This document shows, piece after piece, positions 38,621-50,265 of a stretch of DNA of 64,000 nt. The notes under the pieces are model-generated. The model searched no databases. It saw only the letters and a list, made by a program, of their open reading frames with translations, and was not told where the DNA came from. Origin of the DNA: Hydrolagus affinis (taxonomy: Eukaryota); the NCBI GenBank assembly GCA_012026655.1, contig JAAILG010000540.1, positions 1-64,000 on the forward strand, given 5' to 3'. The position numbers and the translations under genes are program-made. Positions within the stretch are counted from its first letter, which is position 1; every line of letters starts with the position of its first letter.

Positions 38621-39745
38621 TTATTTTTGAAACAATGTATATATTCAAGAAGCCAAAGTTTTTATTGTGGTTATTTCAAAGCCCAGATAAGATGATGTAA
38701 AGTGATGTCCATAGCCATCTCCATGCTGAAAGATCAGATGCAGTTTAATTCAAATTGATAGATACTGAATGTGAAATCTTTTAAGTGCAACTTTGCCGTG
38801 ACCTAGTATATGTGCCAGACAGGATCAGATTGCCAGAGCTGTAGTTTTCCTCTGGGAAGAGAGTGATGGGGGATTTGAATCAGACTGTTTACGCCAGCCT
38901 GATTCAAATTACACTGGTTCACAGCCAACTTCAGGAGGTGAGAGTTTTTTCTCCAAACTAAAATTGGAGTAAATAACTGCTTTACATTTACACTGGCATT
39001 GCTGATGTGAAACAGCTGCAGATTTAGAGCGCACATAAAATGGAACTGTGGGATGATCGAGAAAACAAAAGGGAGTCGGTTGTAAGATAATCGTTCCGTT
39101 AAAATAATGCACATCTCACACTCTGTGAATGTGGCACTTCCACCAATGTGGATCCTCAGAGGGAATGTTGCAATCTCATTTTGATTGTTATCGAGAACCT
39201 CTGCTGGAAGATGTGTGTGAGCGTTTGTGGAGGTGTCAGATGAGGACATGACCGCAACCTCCCCCACGATCGAATAACTGCCAAAGGTTTTCTTATTTTT
39301 ATAATAAATAAAGGAATTTGTTAGTTCAACTTAAAAAAAAATAATTGCAAGCACTCGGAGATGCACAATCTCCATAAAGACACAATATAGGTGCCAGTGG
39401 TTGAGACGGTAAATCCACTGTTGACTTTGGACCTGAATGTACTGAATGACATCAATACTGTCAAATGCTGGGAGCCAAGTGATATTACTTCTCGTGTTGG
39501 AGAAATATGGAGCAGGAAGCCTGGATTACACTTCCTGCTCCTCATTACGTTGATTAGGAGACTGTAACCTCACACTTAAACCTCCTAATCCCTACACATG
39601 CACAGCTTTGGGTGTCGTTCTTTTTTAACATCAATAAAGAGCCAGACGCACAAAAATTTGAATGGAAAGAAGAGAAGGTTAATGTTTAATAAGCTCTGTT
39701 TAACAAGTTAATTATTTCATGTTCTTGTTGCATTTTTCAATGCAG

Positions 39746-39925
39746 TGTTCACAATCGTGTGGAGGAGGCCTGCAGTATCGCAAAGTGCAGTGCAAGCAGC
39801 TTGTGACTGATGGGAGTTTTCTAACCCTCCCAGAGGAGTTCTGCCTGGATCCCAAGCCACTTCCACAGAAGCCTTGTGCGAACATCGACTGTGCCCCTCA
39901 CCTGGCTTTAGGAGGGTGGTCAGAG
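39746..39925 (+). CDS. ADAMTSL3: exon 16: CSQSCGGGLQYRKVQCKQLVTDGSFL...CAPHLALGGWSE; TSR
   Basis: aatgcag|TGT...GAG|gtaaat; 180 nt, phase 0-0. Confidence 0.95.
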
Positions 39926-40339
39926 GTAAATACAGAACATGGGTATCATTTACACAGTTATCTCACCATGAAGAGTGTGTCAAATGAATATTTTACAGTA
40001 CTGCTGTGCGAATCAGCTAACCCTAACTCTCTTTCAACACTAAACAGTGTCATTGCTTCCATGTTAAAATTTACTTTAGCGATTTTACAACTAATGCTGC
40101 AAGGATGGTATGAACATTTACCGGTTTGCTAAAAGGTTTTCTTGTTTTGTTTTAGCAATAAAATCATCAGCACGGTCTCTGTTTTAGCATCTTATCTGAT
40201 GTTAACTTAATTAAATTGAAGCTGCCTGTAATATAAGTACAGTCCTCGCTGGAGATTGTTGCCAATTCACACTGAAATGATTGAAGGTTTAATAGACAAG
40301 ATGGTTTTATATTCTGTTTTCATTGTCTCTCATTTCCAG

Positions 40340-40493
40340 TGTTCTGTAAGCTGTGGAGAAGGGATTCAGAGAAGAGAGTGGATCTGCCATAAGCTCACAG
40401 CTAACGGTCAGCAGATCACAATAAACCAATCGATGTGCACTGGATTCCCCATCCCGTCGCTGTTTAAAACTTGTAACTTGTCTGTCTGTAAAA
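40340..40493 (+). CDS. ADAMTSL3: exon 17: CSVSCGEGIQRREWICHKLTANGQQITINQSMCTGFPIPSLFKTCNLSVCK(K); TSR
   Basis: tttccag|TGT...AAAA|gtaagt; 154 nt, phase 0-1. Confidence 0.95.
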
Positions 40494-40919
40494 GTAAGTG
40501 ACTCGTAATAAGTTCCAAGCAGTCCATATCAAAATAACCAGCTCTGTTGGTTTGTAGGAAACTAAGCATTACAAAAACCCGACAAAAAAAAATTGTCTTT
40601 ACCAATACGTTCACAGTAAGATTCAAGTGCTGTGAGGATAATGACAGCCTGGTTCCCACTGAAGTTTCTTACTCTCCGGATATTCCCAAACTCACACCTC
40701 TGTCCTCCCTATCTCCAAACTTATCAACATCGAGGTCCGCACTCTCACCTATAAATCCCTTCACTCTGGAGCACCTCCCTCTCTCCAAGCTGTTTCAACC
40801 CCATTCCTCTGATTGCCCTGTCTGCTAAGTGAACGCAGGCATGCTACATGCCTCCCGGCCCCACTGCATCAATTTTGGTGGCTGTGCCTTCATCTACTGT
40901 GCCCCTAAACTTTTTTATA

Positions 40920-41085
40920 AAAATAATCTTTATATTTGATATGGTGCATTTCACGTTTTCTAGACGTTTCAAAGTGCTTCACAAAATGTACCGTAAAGTG
41001 GATTGAATGTGTATTTGTTTGCAAATCATGGCAGATAATTGCACACAGCAGCACCCTACAAACAGTCATGGATTGAAGTGACCAA
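40920..41085 (-). mobile_element. SINE 3' half
   Basis: AATAATCTTTATATTTGATATGG...TCAAAGTGCTTCACA...CAAACAGTCATGGATTGAAGTGACC. Confidence 0.85.
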
Positions 41086-41285
41086 CTTATTATTGCGGGG
41101 TTTTTTTCTTGAGAGATTTTGAGAATTGAGAAATTGAGATATCCGTTCACACGGTTTCTCCAGTCAAAATTATTCATTTCAAAATAAACATGCTAATTTT
41201 CTAGCTTTTCATTCAATTTATTTGCCTGACATTTGAGAATACAGTGATCTTACAACAAGATCATCTAGCTGAAAAGATTGTGGAG

Positions 41286-41590
41286 TCCTGTAGTTCTGTG
41301 GTTAGAGTACTCGCCTTACAAGCGAGAGGCCTGGGTTCATTTCCAGGCTGAGCAAAACCTTGGGCAATTTCCCTACTCCACATGCCTGATAATAAACCTT
41401 CAAAAAGATTAATAATAAATTGGTCATTTCATTCCACTAGTTTTTGTGGGACACTGCTGTGCACAATTGACTGCCACGTTTCGCCCACAAATATACAGTC
41501 AATTCACTTTACAGTACATTCTGTGAAGCTCTTTGAGACATCTAGAAGATGTGAAAAGCCCTATACCAAATGCAAGAATTATAGGTTTAT
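41286..41590 (+). mobile_element. full-length tRNA-headed SINE
   Basis: CCTGTAGTTCTGTGGTTAGA...GGGTTCATTTCCAGG head, then family body and tail; collinear with the reverse complement of 24818-25118. Confidence 0.9.
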
Positions 41591-42940
41591 TATCATAGGA
41601 TTATAGGATTATTATCAGGCCCGTGGAATAAGGAAACTTGCCCAAGCTTTCTCCCTGCTGGTCACCTCCACCATCACTATCATCATCATCTTCCTTGGTT
41701 AGTGTCCAACCAGGTCTTTGTGAAGTGTTCTGAGACGTTACCGTACATAGAAGTTGTAGATATTGTTAAAAAAATTTAAAGTTTCAGAGCCTATGTTGGT
41801 TCTGCAGTTAACAGTTTCAAAGATTTCACCCCCACACCCCCCACACCCCCCCCCAACCCCCATTTGTTCAATTTAAGAATCATATGCAGATGTTAAAACA
41901 TTCACATGTATGAAATGTTCTTTTAATTAAGTAAAACAGATTTTTGTTGGTTGACAATTATTTTCCTGGAAAATTCCCAGTCCTTGTTTGCCAAACGTCT
42001 GCAGGCTCCAACTTTTGAAGCAGATCCAGCAGATTTCAAGACCTATTGCTTGCATTATGAAAAAAACATGAGCAACACACTACACATAGACTCCAGACAC
42101 GTATAGTTGATGTATTTCAACCTTAAAGAAAAATACACTGATCAAGATTGAAGCATGTCAACGTTCAGAAATAGATATTTTTCTCTTTACTCATTCCAGG
42201 TCCACCCCAAGCATTTCCCAGTCAGGTTTGACATGGGTTATATCCAGGGTAGAGCTCCTGCTACACTCCCTCAACAATGTTCTATAGTGTGTCATTGGCA
42301 AGCTGACAATGTAGTAGTTTTACCCTAGATAAACATTTGCAGGAACTTTGCATTTTTCCACTCCCATCCAAGAGCCAGTGGCAGGGAATTTCTAAGTGGG
42401 GCTTTTCCCGATCAGGACAACATAAAGCCATTGGCAGGGGGCAATTCCAGGTGGAAGCTCAAACCTTTTTAAAATGCATTTCTTTCATGTTTTTAACCAC
42501 CCTGTTTGTTCTGCGTTCTAAAGTTGTCAGCGGGTGACTTCACCATGTGCATTCAAACCCATTCTTAAAGCCCCTTTCTAGGCTGTGCGTGAGAGCACTG
42601 TTTCAAATCAAGCCCAATATATCAAATGCATCCTGTGTGCCACTGGCTTAGTCATTGGCAAGCAAGTTGAATTAGTCTTTGGGAAAGAGAGTTGGTAGAA
42701 AAAGATGTCTTGCTGTTCACAACACAGCAGGAAGGATGGTGGGAACATAACCTCTTACAAACTGAGTAACCTTCAGGCTTTGTTACTATTGCTCCTGGAA
42801 GTAGGCTACTCTGCTTTAGAAATATGTTTGCTGCGTAGAATAAATAGTACTGCTTCCAAGTATTTTCCAAGTACTGTACCCAGTTTTAGTAGAACCTGTC
42901 CCAAAGCATTTTGTTCATGTTTTACTTGTGCATTTTCTAG

Positions 42941-44057
42941 AGCTCAGGAAGACCTCCAAAACAAAGGCTTCCCGCAAGCAGAATACCCGGGACCCTCAGA
43001 TCCTTGGTCTCCACCGAGTGTACATTCAAACCAGGCAGGAAAAACGGATACATTTCACCATCGGTGGTCGGGCATATCTGCTTCCAAAAACCTCTGTTGT
43101 GATTAAATGCCCCATAAGACGATTTCAGAAATCCCTGATCAGGTGGGCAAAAGACGGCCAAGAGCTGCAAAATACCAAACGAATTGGTGTCACCAAATCA
43201 GGTTCACTGAAAATTCATCACCTAAAAGATGAGGATATTGGAATATACAGCTGCATTGCTGGACCAGCCAGTGATACTTTTGTCCTCAAGCTGATTGGCA
43301 ATGATAACAGATTAATTGAATCACCTGTGCCTGCCAAACCAAAAACGGGACAAGATTTGGGATCAGAGAAAACCGGCCACAATGGGTCCAACAGATTGGA
43401 AGACAAATGGACTCAACTGGGCAAAATGTGGCACAACTGGAGCGAAAAGAATGAATTTTACCTGGACGACAGCCGGGCCTCTGACCGTGTTTTCCTCCGC
43501 CTTCTTGGAAATCATTTGGTTTCAAAAGGAAAGACGAACTCTGCAGATCTGTACGATTCTCGAGAGCTTTACAATAAGCAACTCAAAGCTGCCATTTTCC
43601 AGGGAGCCTTCAGTATGGACGCTGATCAGTTTGAAGAACTTTTACGCAACGTGAGTCTGTGGATCGAGTCTGGCGAATTACCGGAAGATTATGCCTCGCT
43701 GCTCATGTATTATTTAGCAGCCGAAGCCTCGAGACCGGAACCAACAGTAGAAAAGTGGAAAATGCCTCTTGAAGAAAATGCATCAAAAGCAAAATTCTTA
43801 GATAAAACCCCGAACGTCTCTGAAACATTCAGCAATAAAGATGTTAATCGTCAGACAGAGAAAGAAAAGCTTCCCACAATTTTGCGGAATAAACTTACCC
43901 ATGTATTTCTGGAGAAAAATATCAACATAACAATTGGCACACTGGCATTCCTGACAAACCATACTGTACGGGTGACTTTACTGTGTCAAGCTGCTAGATC
44001 TCCCGAGCAACAGATCGCTTGGACCAAAGATGGTTTACCCGTCATGCTTTGTAAAAG
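42941..44057 (+). CDS. ADAMTSL3: exon 18 (large, 1117 nt): Ig-like domain 1, linker and start of Ig 2
   Basis: tttctag|AG...AAAAG|gtatga; phase 1-2; corresponds to ORF 42928..44079. Ig signature IKCP...IRWAKDG...GSLKI...DIGIYSC. Confidence 0.96.
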
Positions 44058-45887
44058 GTATGAAAATGACCCATATTAATTTTTTTTACAAAACGTTTAA
44101 CCTCAGTTAAGAGCGTATCAAATAATTCAGATAATTTTGTACAACTTTAGAGAGCAACTTGAAGCGCTCTGAGATGCCGTCCGGTGTGGAGGGCGCTATA
44201 TAAATCGACGTTGTTGTTGTCCAGTGCCACATAGAGAAACTGTGTACAAATTCTGATCACTGTACATCTGGAATAGGGACGTACTGCAATTGAGAAAGTG
44301 TGCAATAGATGGTAATTCAACTATTTATTCAGATCAGACACCAAGATATGAGAAAGGCAGCAGAAACTGGTAATGTTTACATTGGAGAGCGGAACACTTG
44401 GGGAAGATCTTGATGAATCTTTCGAGAGACTGAGGGATGTAGATACACCAAGCCCAAATAATATTTTGGCGTGAAACCACAAAAATTTACAACGCAGAGG
44501 GAATGGCACAAGCTCCAGAAGTAAAGAAACAGCTTTGGATTTGACTATTTTGCACAGAGGTTGTTACATATGGAATGAACTGTCCTGGCGGACAGTCATT
44601 CATGAGGGAGCTGGATAGAGTTTTGTTGAAAGAAGTGATTGAGGGGTGCAAGTGATAGAAATGATCTGGTATTTTGTCTTTTCCGGTCTTGAACATTCCT
44701 ATGAGTATCAATGCCTTTTCACAGTAGAATCCAAGTATGCATGGCAGCGCTGTCAGAGAATGAGTCAGAGGTCATTATTAGAGCAGTTTTTATGAGACTG
44801 CACACAAGACATTTGCTAATGGAAACCACATTGTCTAAAATTGAACATTTAAAAATTATAGTAGATATATATATTAAAAAGTTATTCCAGGAAATGATTT
44901 GTGTAACCTTGAAAAAAAATTCAATTGTAGCCCTCCATCCATAGCCTTGAGTAAGTATCCTAAAAGTACAATACCCGCTTCCGTATTTTATTGTGCATTT
45001 AGATTAAGTCGCTAATTCAATATTCCGTTCATCCCTTTTACATGTATCTGTGAATCTGTCAGGTTTTCCATTCTGTAGTGCCACCTGGCCTACACACAAC
45101 AGAGCTTTTAGAGAATGGACTGAATTTTCCACTATTCTTTTTCAGCATTAAACTGTGTCCAAGAACATATAGAACTGGATACACTGTGAAAAAGACATAT
45201 TTGTGGATCAGTTTTCGAACAAGACTATTTTAAAAATTAGAATAAGAGATGTGAAGCCATTCGTGTGTACTGAGCACATAATAATAATCAGCGTAACAAT
45301 AAAATAATCCTTATCTTTGAAAGAGCACCTATAACACCATTGAAATATCTTAAAGCATTTCACGGGATTTTTTACCTTGAAATGTAGTGATTCCATTTGC
45401 AGGCAAACAAATGATCTTAACATTTGATGTAGAATGCAAGGCAGGATCCATTCTAAAGATATTGCATTCTAATTCAACTAGAGTCAGCTGTTTGTCTTAA
45501 GTTACATTTGACATATTGTTATTATTATGCATCATGTATGTATTGCTAAATCTAGTTACAAAACGTCCTGTACACAAACTCAGTCCAACATTTGATATCT
45601 CACAGGCTCTCAACATACCTGTATAACATTTTCCCCTTTGGACATTTATTGGAGTCTATTCTCTCTCATTTTTTTTAAAATTTATTTTATAAAACGTAGC
45701 ACCTATAAATGTTCTGGAAAATTTAGGAGACTGGTATTATGTTACCTTACTTTATAATTATATCTGTTTTAATGTAAAAAAGATGCTATTTTATTCCACA
45801 TTTGTTATTTTTCATGTTGCTCCCATCCATTTCCATCCTCAGATATTGTTTCATTGCAGCAACTGTTCTGTTTTTTTTACAATAGAG

Positions 45888-46308
45888 GCTTGGTTTAGAT
45901 GGTAGCACTCGCCTCTCAATCAGAAGGTGATAGGTTCAAGCCCCACGTCAGAACTTTAAAACGCATAGTCAAAGCTTATGAATACTCTAGTACTGGGAGA
46001 ACACTGCATTATCAGAAATACCTTTCTTTGGATGAGATGAAAACCCGAGGTCCTGCCTGTCTGCCCGTTCAGATGCATGTTAAAAATCCCATAGCAGTTT
46101 TCCAAAAAAAAGAAAGGAATTTCGCTAACAATCTCCCAAATGAAATGGATAATTTCCCTCATAGCTGTTTGTAGACATTGCTCTGCACAAATTGGCTGCC
46201 ACGTTTGCCTCCAAATTCAGTCACTGCACTTTACCGTAAATTTTGTGAAGCCCCTTAACATGCATTGATGTCATGATAAGGTTCTATATCAAATGCAAGG
46301 ATTATTAT
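45888..46308 (+). mobile_element. DeuSINE-like element (tRNA head, Deu domain, L2-like tail)
   Basis: Head GGTAGCACTCGCCTCTCAATCAGAAGGTGATAGGTTCAAGCCCCAC. Central GGATGAGATGAAAACCCGAGGTCC...TAAAAATCCCATAGCA resembles the Deu domain of AmnSINE1/SacSINE1. Same 3' tail as the other SINEs. Confidence 0.7.
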
Positions 46309-48494
46309 TTTATCTTAAAGAGGTGGAACAACTGTGGGACAAACAATGGACTTTTATTTTCTTGCCTTCTCTGATGCCTTCTCACATTCTCTCAAATTGA
46401 GATATGCTAAGCATGTCACAATAAGTAATCAGCACTGTATTACACCCTCTGAGTTTTATAATCCACAAAATTCACGCCTTTTAAAAAAAATTCTGCCGCC
46501 ATTCAATAAATCTTTTAGGGCTGCATTAAAAATGCTTTGTGTTGAGTTAATTGGGTAATAATGCTTGAATCTCAACATACAACCTTGTCACATTGAAAGA
46601 TCACAATGCGTTCCCGAAATTTGATATATTTTGAAGTATGGTGACTGTTTCATATAGGCTAATCTGTGCCAGCAATGTCCCACAACCAAATGATGCCATG
46701 TATTATCACATATTAACTCTCAGTTGATCTGTGGGCCTATGGTCTTAGAATCAGGGTCAGTAGTAAATGCAGCCTTGCCTGTTGCTCTGAAGATAACGTT
46801 AGGCGTCATCTTCTGTGCCCTTGGCTATTTTAGTCACCAAACTGGAGATTTAAGCAGCATGAAGCAATTCACCATATATAATTGCATTAGGTCATTGTGC
46901 TGGGCTGCTGGGTATATTAACTTTCAGCTGAATCAAACGTACCAATACAAAACAGCTTCTAATATTCCTCATTCCCACTGTGTTCTTGTGCCACTGTTTC
47001 CACACCATTGGAATTATGTTCACCTCCGGAGAATTCTAATAATATTTGAAGAACAGTCGGGCAGATTAGCTGAGATTGTATTGTAATATAATAAAAACAT
47101 AGAGAAATGTATAAAGTGTTGAAGGATATTAGATTTGAAAATGATATCAAATTGTGTGTGCTCCCTCTTCGCTTTGCCTTGGTCTTACAAAAAAAATTGT
47201 AAATGGTTTTGATAGAAGAAACAGACAGAATTACATAGCCTGTTTCCATGCTGTAATGTTCTATTTAGTGCAACTAGTCCGTGCCAGTGTTTATATTCCA
47301 CGTGAGCCTCACCCCCTTCGAATCTCCTCTCCCATACCTTTCTTTTCATCTCCCTCATGTGTGCATCAAGTTTCCTCTTAAGTACATTGATCGTTTTTTT
47401 TTGCTGTTTCAACCACAACTTCCGAAAGCGAGTTGCACATCATCATTCACTGTGTAAACTCCCTTTTTAGATCTGCTGGTGGTCACCATATTGATGCTGT
47501 AACGTTTTGGATTCAGTGGTGGAAACAGTGGAAGTGGAAACAGTCATTTAACATAGATAGTGACTTCCATTGATTAATGAGTCATTGATGAGAGGATAGT
47601 AAATGAGGATTACCACCAGAAGAAACTAAATGGAACAAGAAAAAAATTTTTGTCCAGAGGATTGTCAGGAATATGGAATACCTTATAGCAAACGTTAACC
47701 AAAGCTAAATTCATAACAGGATTATTATTCACAATAATCTTGGCATTGATACAGCACCTTTTGTATTGGGAGAACGTTTCAAAGCACTTCATGCTGTAAA
47801 GTTTAGTGATAGCATTTCGTAGGATTAACTGATGGAAGAAAATATTATTTAAGTTAAGAAGGAAGAGCAGGGGAAGGAGATTCGAGTACTGTAGATAATT
47901 TCTGTGGGGGAGTTAGCACCAACGCAGGCCAAAATGGAATGAATGGTCGAGTTCTGCTAATGGGTTAGTTTTTAGTGTTGATAAAGAGTTGGTTGTGTGG
48001 CCAGCTCTTTAATAACATTAAACGTTGTTCTGTAGAATTGTTAGGGCAGTTGAACGAAGGCCAAATTGATACACATCGCCTGCTGCAGTGCAAATTCATT
48101 TCCTGGCAAAGAAAAAAACTTCTTCAGCAACCGTTTTCCGACTCGCAAAAGACAAGCTGAAATATGGATTTTAAACTACTCCGAAAAACATTAATGAAAT
48201 TGCCAGTTTCACAGTCAGGCCTTCTTTTATAACATTCAGGGTACAGTATGTTGTTTGGGAGACTTCAAATAGTGTTTATTTTAATCTGATTCCCATGACC
48301 AGTTATCAGCATTACAAGAACTTACATTATAGTGCCTTCACACAGGGTAGCATCCCGGACCACTACAGAAATGCATGTAGCAAAGTACAGCATCTATATT
48401 CAATGAGAAGGAGTGATTGAATTCTGTTGTCACTGTAATTTTGTGGTTGTTGCTGTTGTAGATATGATATAATGTAATAATAATTGCAATAATC

Positions 48495-48820
48495 ACAATT
48501 TAATATAGCATTTTTCATGTTTTCTAGACGTTTCAAAGTGCTTCACAGAATATACTGTGAATTGACTGTATATTTATGGGCAAAACGGGGCAACCAATTG
48601 CACACAGCAGTGCCCCACAAACAGTCGTGGATTGTGTGACCCACTTTTTTTTTAAGGATTATTATCCCCGGATAAACGATCTGCCAGTTGACTATCAATC
48701 AGGTTCCTACTTACTGCTAGATAAACAGAGGCGTGTGGAGTAAGGAAACTTGCTCAACCTTGCGCCCTGCCAGGAATAGAACCCAGGCCATTCGCTTGCG
48801 ATGCGAGTGATCGAACCACG
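48495..48820 (-). mobile_element. near full-length tRNA-headed SINE, long variant
   Basis: Same head and tail as 24818-25118 plus an extra ~60-nt internal block (about 48667-48727). Confidence 0.85.
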
Positions 48821-49439
48821 TTAGAGCTTGATATATGTTATGTGTTATATCTTTACAGTTTTCTTAAAAAGCATTTTGAAAAGCTTAGCGTTGCTCAACT
48901 CAAAATGGTACCCTAGGTAACTAAGTACCCTTTCCTTTACCTATTTCCAACGGTTCACTAGCGTTATTAAACTATGATTTCCCACGATCAAATGAGATCA
49001 AATAGATTCAATGGGGAAGCCTAGAATTTGAAAAGCTCAGCCCCCATTTCAGAATTTATTCAATCTAAACAGCTATTTATCTGCTTATAAAGTTGGGTAA
49101 ATAAAATTATTGCGAGGCACTTATCTCTTAGTAGTCTCGATCCATCCATCCCTCACTTCACAGGAGCCCAGAGTGCAAACTAGGTAACATCTCCAGAGTG
49201 AAGCGCTTCAAGGTGCTAGTGTACCCTCTAGTGGTCTTGATGAAAACATCGACTTGACTGTCTGCCTCACTTTCTTTGAGAAATTGGATTCATTATCATT
49301 GTCATCTCTATGAATGGTCTTTCTGTTCTGATAGTTCTGATTTCCACTCCTCCCCACCCCCCCACCACCCCCACCCCGCATAATCTTTAGAGATTAAATC
49401 CACTAAATTTCAACCCAGTTCCTAAAGAATAATAATGAA

Positions 49440-49545
49440 TAATAAGTCTTGTATTTGATATAGCGCCTTACCACTTATTTGATATGTCTCAAAGCGCCTG
49501 ACAGAATATATTGTAAAGTGAATTGACTGTATATTTTGTGAGCAT
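49440..49545 (-). mobile_element. SINE tail fragment
   Basis: TTGATATAGCGCC...TCTCAAAGCGCCTGACAGAATATATTGTAAAGTGAATTGACTGTATATTT. Confidence 0.75.
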
Positions 49546-49679
49546 AATGCACAGCTACAGCAGAATGCAAACTGTGTGTCTAATTAAGTAGCCGTTGACA
49601 CCAGTTGTCAGATCATAAGGAGAAGGTGCTTTTCTCAGGTTGTGGTCAAGATTCATGGTTTTGGTTGTTGACACAGTGT

Positions 49680-50265
49680 ACAACAACAACGATAAAATTA
49701 TACTTGTATAATGCCCATCACGTTAAGAGGACGTCCCAAGGTGCTGGGCAGTCATTGTTTCAGACCTGAGCTGGGGTTAGGGACAGGAAAGGTGGGGGGG
49801 GCGAAGGGGGAGATTTGGGGTGACCAACGGTACCATTGAAGAGGACCGTTGAGGCGGGACTTGAAGGAGGGCAGGGAGGGGGCAGGGCAGAGGGACTATG
49901 GGAGGGAGTTCCAGAGGTTAGGGATAGAGTGTTTCAAGGCTCGCCCGCCGACGGTGGGGCGGGTGGCACAGGGGATATGGAGCAGGCCAGAGCCTGCTGA
50001 GCGGAGAGGGGTGTAGGTTGATAGGGAGTTAGGAGGTCGCAGAGGTAGGATGTGGTGAGGCCATGGAGGGCTTTGAATGTGAGGACCAGGATCTTGAATT
50101 GAATCCTCTGGGTAATGGGGAGCCAATGGAGTTGGGCGAGGATGGGAGAGATGGGGTCACAGAGCTTGGAGCGGTAGAGGACAGAGTTCTGAATTATCTG
50201 CAGCCTATGGAGGGAGGAATTAGGAAGGCGTAGTCAAGCCTGGATGTGATGAAAGCGTGAATGTG
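49680..50265 (-). mobile_element. 5'-truncated L2 LINE with internal deletions
   Basis: (CAA)n tail, GGACGTCCCAAGGTGCTG, G-rich UTR; GATCTTGAATTGAATCCTCTGGGTAATGGGGAGCCAATGGAG matches 59690-59730. Confidence 0.85.

Noticed and set aside
45076-45093. Second CTCF-like motif (minus strand AGGCCAGGTGGCACTA)
   Set aside because: Lacks the conserved 5' CC of the core and lies in probable decayed LINE sequence.
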